From positions 343,629 through 360,614 of the forward strand of contig JAVZJR010000001.1 of assembly GCA_038870635.1 (NCBI GenBank): a stretch of DNA of 16,986 bases. Direction: 5' to 3'. Source of the stretch: Candidatus Bilamarchaeaceae archaeon (GTDB taxonomy: Archaea > Micrarchaeota > Micrarchaeia > Anstonellales > Bilamarchaeaceae). This document shows positions 7,311 to 16,125 of the stretch, piece by piece; position 1 is the stretch's first letter, and each line of letters opens with the position of its first letter. The notes under the pieces were generated by a model. The model was not told where the DNA came from. It saw only the letters and a list, made by a program, of their open reading frames with translations, and ran no database searches. The position numbers and the translations under genes are program-made.

Positions 7311-8327
7311 ATGAAAATAGCGATTAGTGGTTTTGGTAGAATTGGTAAAATGTTTTTGCGCGCCGCTGTTGCGCAAGGTGCTCTCGGCAAAGATTTCGAC
7401 ATAGTCGCTATAAACACAAGAAGCGATATAAAAATGCATCTTCATCTTTTCAAATATGATTCAGTTTTTGGCAAGTTTGAAGGAACTCTTGAAGAAGATA
7501 ACGGCCATCTGGTGGTTAACGGTCATAAAATAAAATGGGTGCGTGAAACTGACCCTTTAAAATTACCTTGGAAGGAACTTGGTATTGACCTTGTCGTGGA
7601 AAGCACAGGAGAATTTACAAAAAGAGAGGATGCAGAAAAACACATAAAAGCAGGGGCATCTTATGTTCTTCTTTCTGCGCCAGGTAAAGGTGTTGACGCG
7701 ACTATTGTACCTGGTGTTAACGACCACATACTTGATGTTAAAAAAATGAAGATAATCTCTCTTGCATCTTGTACCACCAATTGTCTGGCGCCTGTTTTAA
7801 AGGTTGTAGATGGTAAATTTGGAATAGAAAGTGGTTTCCTTAGCACTGTACACGCCTATACAAACGATCAGAGAATACTTGATGGAAGTCATGAAAAAGA
7901 TTGGCGAAGAGCACGCGCGGCAGCTGTTAATATAATCCCCACAACCACTGGTGCAGCCAAAGCAATAGGTGAAGTGCTTCCTCAATTAAATGGAAAAATG
8001 GATGGGGTAGCTTTTCGTGTTCCTGTGCCTGATGGTTCTCTTAACGACATGGTTTTGCTTTTGAAAAAGGCTGCATCTGCTAAAGAAATAAACGATGAGT
8101 TGAGCAGGGCTAGTAGAGAAGAATTAAAAGGTATACTTGAGTATACCGAAGAGCCTTTGGTCTCAAGCGACATCGTAGGTAATCCCCACTCTTCTATAGT
8201 TGACGGCCAACTTACGAAATGTATTGGTAATCTTGCGAAGATCTCTGCTTGGTACGATAACGAGTATGGATATTCTAATCGCTTAGTCGACTTGACGCGT
8301 AAGATGTCTAAAATGTTAAACAAATAG
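7311..8327 (+). CDS. gap: Class I (bacterial/eukaryotic-type) glyceraldehyde-3-phosphate dehydrogenase
   Basis: GFGRIG, KYDSVFG, ESTG.F, catalytic ASCTTNCL, HAYTNDQ, RRARAAA.NIIPTTTGAAKA, FRVP and WYDNEYGYS. True start is ATG 7311 after SD GGAGG; the ORF-track extension from 7167 overlaps dcd and is spurious. Confidence 0.97.
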   Translation: MKIAISGFGRIGKMFLRAAVAQGALGKDFDIVAINTRSDIKMHLHLFKYDSVFGKFEGTLEEDNGHLVVNGHKIKWVRETDPLKLPWKELGIDLVVESTGEFTKREDAEKHIKAGASYVLLSAPGKGVDATIVPGVNDHILDVKKMKIISLASCTTNCLAPVLKVVDGKFGIESGFLSTVHAYTNDQRILDGSHEKDWRRARAAAVNIIPTTTGAAKAIGEVLPQLNGKMDGVAFRVPVPDGSLNDMVLLLKKAASAKEINDELSRASREELKGILEYTEEPLVSSDIVGNPHSSIVDGQLTKCIGNLAKISAWYDNEYGYSNRLVDLTRKMSKMLNK

Positions 8328-8780
8328 TTAGTACATATAATCTACAAAAAAGTATATCAATATTGAGAGCACTATAAAGGAGAAACCCATGAGGAAAATG
8401 GTATAGGTAAAATCAAAAACTAACAATGTTAAAAATCTTGAAAAAGATTTTTCATCTATTCTCTTCGCACAAGTTGCTATAAATTTAAGGAATATGAGAA
8501 GGGGTGTAGCAATCAATAATACAGCAAAGGCTAATGAAAAAGTTGGCATTCTTATAGCAGAAATAATGTCATTTGAATGGATGGTATAGTATATAAAAGA
8601 AACCAAACCAACTATAAAGAAGGATATATCCACAGCTTTCATTTTTTGTCCGTATATCGCTTTTTCTGTTTCTTCATCAAGCAATTTTAGTCTTCGTGGT
8701 ACCTCTAAAAATAAAAATGAAATTATGAAAATCCCACCAACTATAAGAAAGAAATCATTATTTATATACTCTAATAGCAT
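8328..8780 (-). CDS. Hypothetical integral membrane protein (about 4 TM helices)
   Basis: Four hydrophobic segments. ATG 8780 overlaps the gatE stop (TGATG), with SD GGTGA just upstream. Confidence 0.75.
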   Translation of the reverse strand: MLLEYINNDFFLIVGGIFIISFLFLEVPRRLKLLDEETEKAIYGQKMKAVDISFFIVGLVSFIYYTIHSNDIISAIRMPTFSLAFAVLLIATPLLIFLKFIATCAKRIDEKSFSRFLTLLVFDFTYTIFLMGFSFIVLSILIYFFVDYMY

Positions 8781-10570
8781 CAAGAATCACCTTTTTTGAG
8801 ATATTCTTTAAGTTCATTTGCATCTATGCGGAGACGGTATTTCGCCATTATTGTTTTTACATCGTAGTTATTTTCCTCAGCTATTTTTTTGAGTTCTTTA
8901 CCGCTTATTTTCCATAAATTTTCTTTTTTTATTGTTTCTGCTATGGTGCTATATTTCTTTCGAGCTTTTAGTATATCTGGTATAGCTGCTTTAACAAACG
9001 AACCTTTTTGGTATTCTTCTAAGAGTTCAAACATTACTTTTTCTATATCATCTATTTGAACTCCCTCACGTCTTAGCGATACTAGTGTATTCTCCAGAGT
9101 TGTTGCAATAAGAGTAGGTTCTACCGATGGAAAAGACCCCACAAGTCTTTCAAATAAATTAAGGTTTTTAGATTTTAGCATTTGCTCTGCCATCTCTTTG
9201 TTTAGCATAGAATAAAGTGTTTTTCTCTTCTCTTCAAGGCTTGCACCTTTTTGTTTTTCTATTTCTTTTAGTAGTTCTTTTGTTATTTTTATTGGCGGCA
9301 CATCTGTTTCAGGGTATAGTCTTGCTCTTCCAGGTAAAGGGCGCATATATGAAGTTGTGCCGTCTGGGTTTGCTCTCCTAGTCTCTTTTGGAACAAAATC
9401 CATAATAGCTCTTTCATGGACTTTTTGCAATGCTTTTTTTGCAACGCTGCTTTCTGCAACTACCAGTACAAAAGCATCCTGTGGTTGGAGATTCAACGTT
9501 GTCCTTAATTCCTGTATCTCTGCTGGTTTTATACCGTACTTTTCCATACTTTCATCGCTATGTATTATTCCTTTTACCCCTGCTGTTTTTGCATATTCGC
9601 TTAATTCAGTGCCGTATCTTCTATTCGGTCCGATTTCTATACCAAGTAAACCTGCATGATTTGGTAATGCCAGTGCAAAAACCTTTTGACCTGCAGCCAA
9701 GCCATTTTTTATAATCTTTGCTTCTGTTGCCGTGAATATATGCGTAACATCGGTAAATTCTTTTTTTATTGTAATCTTCCCGCTTTTTTTCAATTGCTCT
9801 ATTATCTCAATCAATTTTTGCTGTCGCTTAATTTCATTTTCAACTAATTGTGGAAGCATTTTAAGTTCCTGAGCACCTTTTATTTCTACTCTTGCTCCCC
9901 CTTCGATAGATACATTTACATCTTGCCTTATAGTTCCAAGACCTCTTGCTACTTTTCCTGTAGCCCTCATTATCATTCCTATTCTCTCAGCTACTTCAAG
10001 GAGATGTTCTCCATCTTTAATTTCTGGTGCAGTTGATATTTCGATTAGTGGGATTCCCAGTCGATCTAAACGATAGGTAATCTTTCCATCTTCTGCCTTT
10101 ACTATACCCGCACTTTCTTCTTCGATAGCAATTGTCGGTATATTGACTTTGCCTTTTCCAGTCTCTAACCAACCATCAAGCGCGATTATTGCAGTTCTTT
10201 GGAATCCGCAAGTGTTGCTTCCATCTATTACTATCTTCCTCATTACGTGTATTTCGTCAACAGGTTTGGCGTTTAGGTGTAATGCAATTTCAAGAGCGAT
10301 TGCAAGTGCCTCTTTATTCATTTCATGAGGCGGTTCTTCGTCTAGTTCTACCAGACAATTATTTTTCGGATATACAAGATAATCAAATTGTTTTCTGTTT
10401 TCAAATTCCTGTCGCGATGCTTCGTCCATTTCTCCCATCTCGCTCACAACAGGACGTAACTGCCTCTTTACTATAAATTCGTGTGGCATTTCTTCTGCTA
10501 GTTCAGATGAGCAACTACAAAAAAGTTTTTTTGATAGCAAACGTTGGTGTATCTCTAAACCTATTTTCAT
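8780..10570 (-). CDS. gatE: Glu-tRNA(Gln) amidotransferase subunit E
   Basis: KIGLEIHQRL..KLFC.C, CLVELDEEPPH, MRKIVIDGSNT.GFQRT, YRLDRLGIPLIEI, RGLGTIRQDVNVSI, AspRS-like insertion (KGIIHSDE) and MRPLPG.ARLYPETD. Confidence 0.98.
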   Translation of the reverse strand: MKIGLEIHQRLLSKKLFCSCSSELAEEMPHEFIVKRQLRPVVSEMGEMDEASRQEFENRKQFDYLVYPKNNCLVELDEEPPHEMNKEALAIALEIALHLNAKPVDEIHVMRKIVIDGSNTCGFQRTAIIALDGWLETGKGKVNIPTIAIEEESAGIVKAEDGKITYRLDRLGIPLIEISTAPEIKDGEHLLEVAERIGMIMRATGKVARGLGTIRQDVNVSIEGGARVEIKGAQELKMLPQLVENEIKRQQKLIEIIEQLKKSGKITIKKEFTDVTHIFTATEAKIIKNGLAAGQKVFALALPNHAGLLGIEIGPNRRYGTELSEYAKTAGVKGIIHSDESMEKYGIKPAEIQELRTTLNLQPQDAFVLVVAESSVAKKALQKVHERAIMDFVPKETRRANPDGTTSYMRPLPGRARLYPETDVPPIKITKELLKEIEKQKGASLEEKRKTLYSMLNKEMAEQMLKSKNLNLFERLVGSFPSVEPTLIATTLENTLVSLRREGVQIDDIEKVMFELLEEYQKGSFVKAAIPDILKARKKYSTIAETIKKENLWKISGKELKKIAEENNYDVKTIMAKYRLRIDANELKEYLKKGDS

Positions 10571-11892
10571 ATTTCTGGCACCTTTTGCACTGGGCTTCTT
10601 TCACTTAATTCACCAGCAATGTTTTTCATCATAAGTTCTTTTACTTTTTCTAGTTTTTTCTCGTGTCCGAGTACCCAACAAAGCTTTACAAAAGCAGTTT
10701 CTGGTGTCCAATCAGCGCCGTCTCCTATGACGCCAGCTTCTTTTAGAAGTCTTCCAGTAGAATAAACATTCATATTTATTCTTCCATATATTGTTTGCGA
10801 CGCCATTACGACTGCAACACCGCTTGCAATTAGTTCCTTTACATTTTTGTATATTGAATGAGCGTGTGCATCATTAAATGGGTTTGTAGGTAAATGGCCA
10901 AGCCCTGTTCCAATCATGACTACGCCGTCATATTTTGATAAAGAATCTATTAACGATGGTTTTATGCCTGGGTGAACGTATACCATAGCTACATTGTTAT
11001 TTATTTTTGTGTCAAGTTCTATTTTTCTTTTTTCATCTCTTTTTTGATAATCATTAATTTTTTCAAAAAGATTTTTTCTGTAGTCTACTGCGGCTATCGG
11101 TAGAGAATTCACAGATTTGAACGCATCTCTACGGGAGTTGTGGAATTTTCTCACTCGTGTGCCGCGGTGGAGGTAGCAATAACTATCATCCTGAGTTGCA
11201 TGCATGCATACCGTTACCTCTGCTACATCACTTTTTTTTGCAACCCAGATAGAGTTTAATAGATTTAATTCGTTATCACTGGATGGACGGTCACTACTTC
11301 TCTGAGCCCCTACCAGTACTACAGGTACTGGTAAGTTTTGGAGCATAAATGAAAGGGCAGCAGCAGTGTACCCCATCGTGTCTGTCCCATGCATAACTAC
11401 TACGCCCTTTGCCCCTTCTTTTATTTCATCTGCTACGTTTTTGGCAAGAATGGCCCAGTGCTCATGAGCCATATCTTCTGATAACAAAGAAAACAGTTTT
11501 CGCACTTTTATCTTTGCAATGTTTGAGATTTGTGGAAAAGTAGCTAAAAGCTCGCCAGGGGAGATTACAGGATAAACCGCCCCTGTTTTGTACTCTATCT
11601 TTGACGATATTGTGCCACCACAACCGATTATGGAAATCTCGCCCTTTTCCCCACTCTCTTTTTCTTCTGTTTTTTTCATTTCTCCTTTTTTTATTAATCT
11701 CACTTCACAGCCTTCAAAAGATATCCCTATATTATAGCCGTTTTCCAGTTTTATAACAAGAGTATCTGGGTCGCCTTGCGTTCGAGGCATTAGTATTCCA
11801 AAGTATCCTTTTCCTTCTTTTTTTATCTCTACTTCATCTCCTATTTCTGCTCCGATTTTCTTTAAAGTTTTTTCAATATTATCAGAGTACAT
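10567..11892 (-). CDS. gatD: Glu-tRNA(Gln) amidotransferase subunit D (asparaginase-like)
   Basis: N-terminal domain GILMPR...IKLENGYNIG, GGTISS, SEDM, HGTDTMGY, GAQRSSDRPSSD, SRRDAF and GTGLGH. ATG at 11892 lies 1 bp after the aglB stop; ATGA overlap with gatE. Confidence 0.97.
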   Translation of the reverse strand: MYSDNIEKTLKKIGAEIGDEVEIKKEGKGYFGILMPRTQGDPDTLVIKLENGYNIGISFEGCEVRLIKKGEMKKTEEKESGEKGEISIIGCGGTISSKIEYKTGAVYPVISPGELLATFPQISNIAKIKVRKLFSLLSEDMAHEHWAILAKNVADEIKEGAKGVVVMHGTDTMGYTAAALSFMLQNLPVPVVLVGAQRSSDRPSSDNELNLLNSIWVAKKSDVAEVTVCMHATQDDSYCYLHRGTRVRKFHNSRRDAFKSVNSLPIAAVDYRKNLFEKINDYQKRDEKRKIELDTKINNNVAMVYVHPGIKPSLIDSLSKYDGVVMIGTGLGHLPTNPFNDAHAHSIYKNVKELIASGVAVVMASQTIYGRINMNVYSTGRLLKEAGVIGDGADWTPETAFVKLCWVLGHEKKLEKVKELMMKNIAGELSERSPVQKVPEI

Positions 11893-11893
11893 T

Positions 11894-14800
11894 TTATTCA
11901 CTTTTTGGTTTGTATATTTTTACTGCACCATTATCATAAACCTTTTCAAAACCTTCTATCTTATTGAGCACAAGTGCTTTATATATGTTAGAATCATAGA
12001 AGTGTCCTTTTCTATCTTCATACCCATCAACTATTGTTCCGTTTTCTAACCATATCTTATCTTTTGTATAAATTGTGGTAAAACCAAAAAGCGTTCCATG
12101 GCCATATGCTTTTTCTATTGTGAAGGGAAAAGTAAGGAGTGCTTTGTTGAGCTTTAAGTCACCATTTGGATAGGTTTTATTTAAATAATATGTTCCAGTT
12201 GTTTTCTGACCATTCGCAAGTTCAACTTCACCTACACAATAAACCGGTTCAAGTTTAACACCATAATTGCAGAATTGCTTTATTTCATTTTTTACTTCGC
12301 CTATACATTCATTGGGGTAATATGGTGTATAAATCATCTCACCTTTTTGCCCTAATATATAAACTTTAGAGGCCACGTAACCTGTCTTATTTGATGTTTT
12401 TGATATTACACATGGTTTATTTGGCGACACATATATAGTTTCCCATAAATTATCTATTTCACAAATTGATTGACCTGGCCAATAGGAAACGTTGGTTCGA
12501 TTTACATACACACAACCTAAATAATTAAGGGCGCCGTACTTCGCACCAAATCCACTACTTGAAGCAAGAATTTCAATATCGAAAAGTGCATAGCCGGCTC
12601 CATAGTCCTTCATTGTTTGTAAAAGGTCGTTTTCATCTCCTTCAGTATATGCATTCGCGACTCGATATATCATATTTAAAGATGAATGTTCGTTTCTTAA
12701 GACTGTGTTTTTTTGTCCAAAGAAATTTATCCAATGTCCGTAATCCCACCAAGATATCGTTCTTGAGTTTGGTTCAGTATTATACCTTATCCATTCCATT
12801 GAAGATATCCAGTAATCGCTTAACCTGTTGCATCTTAATTGCACTGCGTAATATATATGTTTGGCTTTTTCTGGATTTTCTAAAAGAGTATAATCTGGTA
12901 AAGCAGTTAAAACACACAATTTTTGGTCATATTGGTAGTTTGTACCTAGCGAAGCATATCTAAAAGGGTCAGCAGCAGCTGCACACACAGTGGGCTCATT
13001 TGTTTTTTGGCATATTATGTCAAGTTTTGCCTTTGTTGCAAGAGGGTTATCTTGGAATCTTGTTTCAAAATTGTTTATTGCGAGACCATACGCCAAACCG
13101 TTAAAAAAGAACTGTGCTATTAAAATCAGTATCGCAAAAGTTAAAACCCATTCATTTTTTTCTGGGATCCATTTCTTTTGTTTTAAAATTTCTTCTGCGT
13201 TTGCAAGCACAAACGCAATACCGCCGCCAAAGAAAAATGCAGCGTAAATAGTATACTTTGCCTTCATTATACCTACTATGAACGGGAAAAATACCGCAAG
13301 GAGTAAGAGAAGGATAGGCATTGTTTCTTCTGCTTTTTCTTCTTTCTTTTTGTACACTACATATGCAAAAAAGAATATCATAAAGAAAGTCCAGAACATT
13401 AGGAAGCTATTTTCTTTCCATTCATAAACTACGTTTGAATTAAGATAGATGTTTATGATTCCCATTACTACACTAAGGATTATATTGCTTATTAAAGAGA
13501 ATAAAATAAATATCATAGATAACAAACTACCCAATCCATTACCTACATTAGTGATTAATTCTTTTCCTTCTGGTTTGGTAATTAAATTGTTTAGCGGAGA
13601 GAGAAGAAAATTTGCAATGGCGTAGTAATTCGCACCAACAAAACCCATCTCACCAGCAAAGTCATGACCTGCCATCCCTTGCTCAGCTATTGTCCTTTCT
13701 AATGCTGTTTTATACTCCACAACACTTAAACCTGCTCTACCAAGGCCTTTTATTGGTTCGCCTATAGGAGAGAGGAGAAGTATAAGTAGTAAGAAAGCGG
13801 TTACAAAAAGCACTTTGACGCGGTTTTCCCCTGCTAATCCTAATTCTCTCTTTTTAACTTGTATAAAATAGAGCGCGCCCAGAATTACAAGTATAAACAC
13901 ACCTATTGCTATATGGGTTGTTGAGTAAGAGATAATACCATTATAAAACGACGATTTGATTATTCCAGCCGTCAAGATAGTGCCAAGTATTAAGATTATT
14001 GCATTGACTTGTAGAAGCTTCATTATCTCTTCTGCATTTTCGTCTTTATAGAAGAGTAACAAACCGTAAAAAATCCAAAAAATAACAAGTGTTGTAAGCG
14101 CAAGTATCTCCGATGCACAACCTATTGCTAACGCTATGTACGTCAGAGCAGAAAGGAACCCAATAGCTTTACTTTTTTCTTTAAGCGCTATTAGATAGGT
14201 TGCGTAGAAAAATGTTAGTGCGAAGAAAGCATATGGTTGCACTTCTGATTCCCCAGCCATTGTTTTTATTATAAAAATTGGTGCCAAGGATGCGATTGCT
14301 GCTCCCACCACAGCATATTCTGGTTTTATTATCTTAGAAAGAAAAATATAAAAAAATAATACTGCAAGCATTGCAGCAATTGGTGGGTATACGGATGCTA
14401 TGACTGCTAAAAGCATGTTGTTGTAATCATTACTTCCGTTGTAAAGAGAGTACCATAACGCTTCCATATAAGCAAGTCCAGGAATTGCTCTATGGCTTAC
14501 TTCTAATGTCGGCCACCATGCAGTTTGGTCATTTAGTGGGTTGTGTCCTAATTGTATTATTTGCTGGGCCACATAGGTGTAATAATATGGATCAAGTTCT
14601 TGAAATACTGGTGAATACGAACCCAATCTTATCCAAAATGTAAGAATTCCTATAAAAATAATTGATGTGATTATCAATAATTTTCTTTTATCTTTTTGGA
14701 AGGTTGTTGTGATTTGTTGAGGCAAACCTGAAAAGTCTTCATCTATTCTTTTCCATACTGCAAGTGCTATTGCTATCAACCACCAGAGGCCAACTGTGAT

Positions 14801-15019
14801 TATCGCCATATTATATGTGTATTTTATTCCTGACAAGAAATAGGAGAGAAATGGTATAAGTTGCGGCACTGCAAACCCAAGACCTAAACCTATTATTATC
14901 TTCTCAAAAAATCCAACTTTGCTGTTTTTTAGAAGCGCTACGCTAATTAAAATTCCAGGTACAAAAAAACAACAAAATATTATTAACAATAGCAGATACG
15001 GATCAAATACTAAAAACAA
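11894..15019 (-). CDS. aglB: Oligosaccharyltransferase AglB/STT3 family (GT66), extended form
   Basis: Polytopic N-terminal region with ELDPYYY, TIAE (TIXE motif, 13682-13693) and SWWDYGHWI (WWDYG at 12737-12751), plus C-terminal F.KVYDNG.VKIYK. TTG start with SD GGTGG. Confidence 0.9.
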   Translation of the reverse strand: MFLVFDPYLLLLIIFCCFFVPGILISVALLKNSKVGFFEKIIIGLGLGFAVPQLIPFLSYFLSGIKYTYNMAIITVGLWWLIAIALAVWKRIDEDFSGLPQQITTTFQKDKRKLLIITSIIFIGILTFWIRLGSYSPVFQELDPYYYTYVAQQIIQLGHNPLNDQTAWWPTLEVSHRAIPGLAYMEALWYSLYNGSNDYNNMLLAVIASVYPPIAAMLAVLFFYIFLSKIIKPEYAVVGAAIASLAPIFIIKTMAGESEVQPYAFFALTFFYATYLIALKEKSKAIGFLSALTYIALAIGCASEILALTTLVIFWIFYGLLLFYKDENAEEIMKLLQVNAIILILGTILTAGIIKSSFYNGIISYSTTHIAIGVFILVILGALYFIQVKKRELGLAGENRVKVLFVTAFLLLILLLSPIGEPIKGLGRAGLSVVEYKTALERTIAEQGMAGHDFAGEMGFVGANYYAIANFLLSPLNNLITKPEGKELITNVGNGLGSLLSMIFILFSLISNIILSVVMGIINIYLNSNVVYEWKENSFLMFWTFFMIFFFAYVVYKKKEEKAEETMPILLLLLAVFFPFIVGIMKAKYTIYAAFFFGGGIAFVLANAEEILKQKKWIPEKNEWVLTFAILILIAQFFFNGLAYGLAINNFETRFQDNPLATKAKLDIICQKTNEPTVCAAAADPFRYASLGTNYQYDQKLCVLTALPDYTLLENPEKAKHIYYAVQLRCNRLSDYWISSMEWIRYNTEPNSRTISWWDYGHWINFFGQKNTVLRNEHSSLNMIYRVANAYTEGDENDLLQTMKDYGAGYALFDIEILASSSGFGAKYGALNYLGCVYVNRTNVSYWPGQSICEIDNLWETIYVSPNKPCVISKTSNKTGYVASKVYILGQKGEMIYTPYYPNECIGEVKNEIKQFCNYGVKLEPVYCVGEVELANGQKTTGTYYLNKTYPNGDLKLNKALLTFPFTIEKAYGHGTLFGFTTIYTKDKIWLENGTIVDGYEDRKGHFYDSNIYKALVLNKIEGFEKVYDNGAVKIYKPKSE

Positions 15020-15028
15020 AAAACCACC

Positions 15029-16102
15029 TTACAGTTTGTAAATATCACTATCTTCTCCTAAAAGCTCTTCGCTTCCCTCTAGACGTTCTCTTTCGCCTTT
15101 TTGAAACATGTATGGGGATTTTACTCCAGTTATTATAGCAGTTGCTCTTATTGTGCCTTTTAGTTCGGGATTAACTCTAGCGCCCATTTTTATTGCTGCA
15201 TCGTCATTAAAACTTTGTGTTATCATTTCTCCTACTTTTATAGCATCTCCTAATGTAAGATCCGGTCCACCCTCCAAGTGAAGGAGGCAGCCTTTTGCAT
15301 CTTCATAACTGACATCTAAGAGCGGATGTTCAAGAGTATTCTTTACCACTTGTTCTACTCTATCATGACCAGACGCTTCGCCAAGAGATATCATAGATAT
15401 GCCACCATTTTCCATTACTGTTTTTACATCTGCATAATCTACATTAATCAAACTTGGAAAAGATATTGTGTCTGCGATACCTCTTACCGCTCTTGTTGTA
15501 ATTGAGTCTGCAAGAGCAAATGCTTTATCTATAGGAAGATTGGGTGCGTATGCTGAGAGTCTATTGTTGTCTATCACTACAACAGTGTCACAAACATCTA
15601 CTAAATCTCTGATTGATTGTTGTGCTTTTTTTAAGCGAACTCTTTCTAACGCAAAAGGATAAGTTACCATTGCGACCACGATGGCCCCATTCTCTTTTGC
15701 TACCTCTGCGACTATTGGCGCTGCTCCACCTCCTGTTCCGCCACCCATGCCAGCACACAAAAATACTAATTCATTCTCTCCTATCTCCCTTTTAAGAAGT
15801 TGGCGATCTGCTTCTGCACATTTCTTTGCAATTTCAATATCCCCGCCTGCGCCAAGCCCTTTTGTTATCGTTTTTCCTATTAATATTTTTTTATCTGCTG
15901 AAATCATATTCAGATGTTTGCCATCAGTATTCACTGCAATCATGCGCGCGCTTTTAACCCCTTCTTTCACCATTCTATTTATGGTATTGCATCCTGCTCC
16001 GCCAACACCAATCGCCGCTATTCTTACCTTAAAAAATTCATCATCTTTTTTTTCTTCTTCAACAATAGACTCTTTTGCTGATTTTATAATATCATCAAAC
16101 AT
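15029..16102 (-). CDS. ftsZ: Cell division protein FtsZ (FtsZ2-like)
   Basis: GVGGAG.N, AVNTD, GLGAGG, AGMGGGTG.G, PF..ER.R, DNNRL..Y.PNLPI.KAF and T7 loop PSLINVDYADV; the last three resemble archaeal FtsZ2. ATG 16102 with upstream GGTG is preferred over TTG 16117. Confidence 0.96.
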   Translation of the reverse strand: MFDDIIKSAKESIVEEEKKDDEFFKVRIAAIGVGGAGCNTINRMVKEGVKSARMIAVNTDGKHLNMISADKKILIGKTITKGLGAGGDIEIAKKCAEADRQLLKREIGENELVFLCAGMGGGTGGGAAPIVAEVAKENGAIVVAMVTYPFALERVRLKKAQQSIRDLVDVCDTVVVIDNNRLSAYAPNLPIDKAFALADSITTRAVRGIADTISFPSLINVDYADVKTVMENGGISMISLGEASGHDRVEQVVKNTLEHPLLDVSYEDAKGCLLHLEGGPDLTLGDAIKVGEMITQSFNDDAAIKMGARVNPELKGTIRATAIITGVKSPYMFQKGERERLEGSEELLGEDSDIYKL

Positions 16103-16110
16103 ACTAACAC

Positions 16111-16125
16111 CGGACAAAGTGTCCG
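16111..16125. promoter_or_regulatory. GC-rich inverted repeat CGGACA-aag-TGTCCG upstream of ftsZ
   Basis: Perfect 6-bp arms with a 3-nt spacer in an otherwise very AT-rich spacer. One arm includes the first G of the GGTG SD-like site on the minus strand. Confidence 0.5.

Noticed and set aside
7311..8327. Possible erythrose-4-phosphate dehydrogenase (Epd) rather than GAPDH
   Set aside because: HAYTNDQ, RRARAAA, TTTGAA and FRVP phosphate-site residues are of the phosphorylating GAPDH type.
10567..11892. GatD CGGTISS as a catalytically dead variant or stand-alone asparaginase
   Set aside because: The catalytic Thr of GGT, HGTDT and the Lys of the RK motif are retained. The GatD N-terminal domain and adjacent gatE support a normal GatDE.
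11894..15019. Intein or frameshift explaining the large AglB
   Set aside because: No intein splice motifs (C-terminal HN followed by C/S/T) or LAGLIDADG blocks seen. The extra length is an N-terminal TM module plus Cys-rich insertions.
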